NCBI RefSeq assembly: GCF_009914755.1
Contig: NC_060932.1
Source: the human T2T-CHM13v2.0 reference genome, Homo sapiens
Reading direction: 5' to 3' (one strand)
DNA: 64,000 nucleotides
Part shown: positions 61,490-64,000 of the stretch, piece by piece
Layout: each line of letters starts with the position of its first letter
Position numbering within the stretch: position 1 is the stretch's first letter
Program-made: the position numbers and the translations under genes
The notes under the pieces: model-generated
What the model was told of the DNA's origin: nothing
The model's input: only the letters and a program-made list of their open reading frames with translations
Database searches by the model: none

Positions 61490-61998
61490 ATTGGCACACA
61501 TTTGTGAATTTTCCAGTTTTCCTTGTACAACTGATTTTTAGCTTTATTCTACTGGGTTGGAGAAGATACTTGGTACAATTTCAGTCTTTTTAAATTTGGT
61601 AAGACTTACTTTGTGACCCAATGTGTGATCTCTCCTGGAAAATGTTCTGTCTGCACTTGAGAAAAATGTATAATCTGCCACTGTTGGGTGGGATGTTCTG
61701 TGTAGATCTGTTAGGAACATTTGGTCTATAGTGTTGTTCAAGTCAACTGATTTCCTTCCTCATTTTCTGTCTGGATGTTATCCATTCTTGAAAGTGGGGT
61801 ATTGAAGTCTTCTCCTGTTACTGTGTTGCTGTCTTTTTCTCCCTTTAGTCAGTGTTTGCTTTACATTTAGGTGCTGTGATGTTGGGTGCGTACATACTGA
61901 TAACCGTTACATCTTCCTGTTGAATCAACCATTTTATCATTATACAATGGCCTTCTTTGTCTTATGGCAGTGTTTGCCTTCATGTTTATTTTGTCTAT
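61490..61998 (-). mobile_element. Inverted L1 ORF2 endonuclease segment (L1MA-like)
   Basis: Track peptide NNTIDQMFLTDLHRTSHPTVADYTFFSSADRTFSRRDHTLGHK is a degenerate L1 EN domain. Confidence 0.88.
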
Positions 61999-62465
61999 CA
62001 AAGACACTTGTACTCATATGCTTATTGCAGCACTATTCACATTAGCAAAGTTACGAAATCAACCTAGATGCCCATCAACAGTGGACTGCATAAAGAAAGT
62101 GTGGTCCATATACACCATGGAATACTATGCAGCCATAGCAAAGAACAAAATCATGCCCTTTGCTACAACATGGATGTAGCTGGAGGCCACTATGCTAAGT
62201 GAATTAACACAGAAACAGAAAATCAAATACTCTATGTTTTCACTTAAAAGTGGAAGCTAAATAACGGCTACACACAGACATAAAGATGGAAACAAGAGAC
62301 ACTGAGGACTCCAAAAGTGGGGAGGTCAAGGGAAGGTCTGAAAATCTACCTGTTGGGTACTATGTTGACCATTTGGGTTATGGGTTCCACAGAAGCCCAA
62401 ACCCCAACATCATGCAATACATCCATGTGACAAACCTGCACATGTATCTCCTGAATCTAAAATTT
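61999..62465 (+). mobile_element. L1PB/L1PREC2-type 3' end
   Basis: Peptide KDTCTHMLIAALFTLAK...YTMEYYAAI; 3' UTR ggactccaaaagtgggga...caaacctgcacatgtatctcctgaatctaaaa. Confidence 0.88.
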
Positions 62466-62469
62466 TGTT

Positions 62470-64000
62470 TCAAACGAAATCAAAAAGGAAATTTCAAAAA
62501 TATCTTCAGACAAACAAAAACAAAAAAACAACATACCAAAACCTATGGGATGCAGGAAAGCAGTACTAAGAGAGAAGTCTGTGGCAATAAACACCTGTAA
62601 TAAAAAAGAAAACTTCAAATCCACAACCTATCTCTACACCTTGAGGAATGAGAAAAAAACAAACTATGCCCAACATCAGCACAAGGAAGACAATAATAGA
62701 TTAGAGCAAAAATAAATGAAATAGAGAATACAAAAATGATTTTAAAAAACAACTAAATTTTTAGAAAAGCTAAAATTGACAAGCCTTTAGTGGGACTAAA
62801 AAACGAAGAAGAAAAGATGACTCAAATAAATAATATCAGAAATGAAAGAGGAGACATTACAATCAATGCCACAGAAATCTGAAAAATCATTAGAAGATGA
62901 CTATGAACCATTACACAACAACAAATTGAATAACCTATGAGAAATGGCTACATCGTAAAAAAAAAACACAAAACCTACCAAGACTGAATCACAAAGAAAT
63001 AGAAAACCTCAACAGAATCACAACTAGTAAGATGACGGAATTAGTAATCAAAAATTTCCCAGCAAAGGAAATTCCAGGACCAGATGGCTTCACTGGTGAA
63101 TTCTGTCAAACATTTAAAGAATTAATTCCAATCCTTCTCAACTCTTCCAAAAAGCTGAAGAGGAGGGAACACTTCCAAACAAATTTTAGGAGGCCAGCAT
63201 TATCCTAATCCCAAAGCTAGACAAGAACCTTATTAAAAACTACAGGCTAATAACCCTGATTAACATGGACGCAAAAATCACCAATAAAATATAGAAAATC
63301 AAATTCAACAACACATTAACTAAGTGAGATTTATCTCTGGATGCAAGGAAGGGTCAGCACAGGAAATCAATCAATGTGGCTCTACCACATTAACAAAATA
63401 AAGGGCAAAATCACAGGATCACCTGCACTGATGCAGCAAAAGCCTATCAGAAAATTCAACACCCTTTCATAACAAAAACTCTCAACAAGCCAGGAATGGG
63501 AAGAAATTACCTCGATAAAATACAAACCATATCTGAAAAGCCCACAGCTAATATCACACTCCATGGTAAAAAAAACTGAAGGCTTTTCCTCTAATATCAG
63601 GAATGAAGCAAGGATGACCACTCTTGCCACTTCTATTCAACACAGTAGTGGAAGTCCCAACCAGAACAATTAGGAGGAAAAGCAAACAAATAAAAGGCAT
63701 CCAAATCAGAAGAGATGTAAAATTATTTCTGCAGATGACATGATCTTATATCCAGAAAACATTACTCTACAAGCTATTAGAACTGCTAAACAAATATCAG
63801 CAAAGTTACAGGATGCAACATACAAACATTAGTTACACTTCTAAACACTAACAATGAACTATCAGAAAAAGAAATTAAGGAAACAAATTCACTTATAATA
63901 ACATAATAACATCAAAAATACTAAGGAATAAACTTAACCAAGGAGGTGAAAGACTTGTACATTGAAAACTACAAAATATCGATGAACAAAATTAAAGACA
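62470..64000 (+). mobile_element. L1MA-like ORF2 (degraded), continues beyond the window
   Basis: caacataccaaaacctatgggatgcag, ccaggaccagatggcttcactggtgaattc, tgcagatgacatgatcttatat (ADDM motif). Confidence 0.9.

Overview
Human genomic DNA, not microbial; a pristine Alu carrying AluYa5 diagnostics points to Homo sapiens. Roughly half of the window is interspersed repeat: ancient L1M elements (one nearly full length), L1PA/L1PB fragments, about 20 Alus (two nested pairs), L2/MIR relics, LTR16 and THE1 solo LTRs, and the DNA transposons Tigger4a, MER81, MER58C and MER5A. I could not support any protein-coding exon, RNA gene or CRISPR array. The long ORFs in the track come from a minisatellite, a CA-rich tract, Alus or L1 relics. 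A-rich + strand composition, mostly + strand L1s and a few - strand splice-site pairs suggest the window lies in a large intron of a - strand gene that I cannot name. I did not find a convincing new biological system. The best observations are mechanistic: an ancient L1 that spawned two minisatellites and a microhomology-bounded templated self-insertion; a miniature twin-primed L1PA inserted into an Alu's TSD; a tail-less AluY with a fold-back junction; a pristine mosaic AluYa/Yb element; a CpG-rich L2/MIR tract; and several candidate regulatory elements. Subfamily calls are by eye from remembered consensus sequences, and boundaries of old repeats are approximate.
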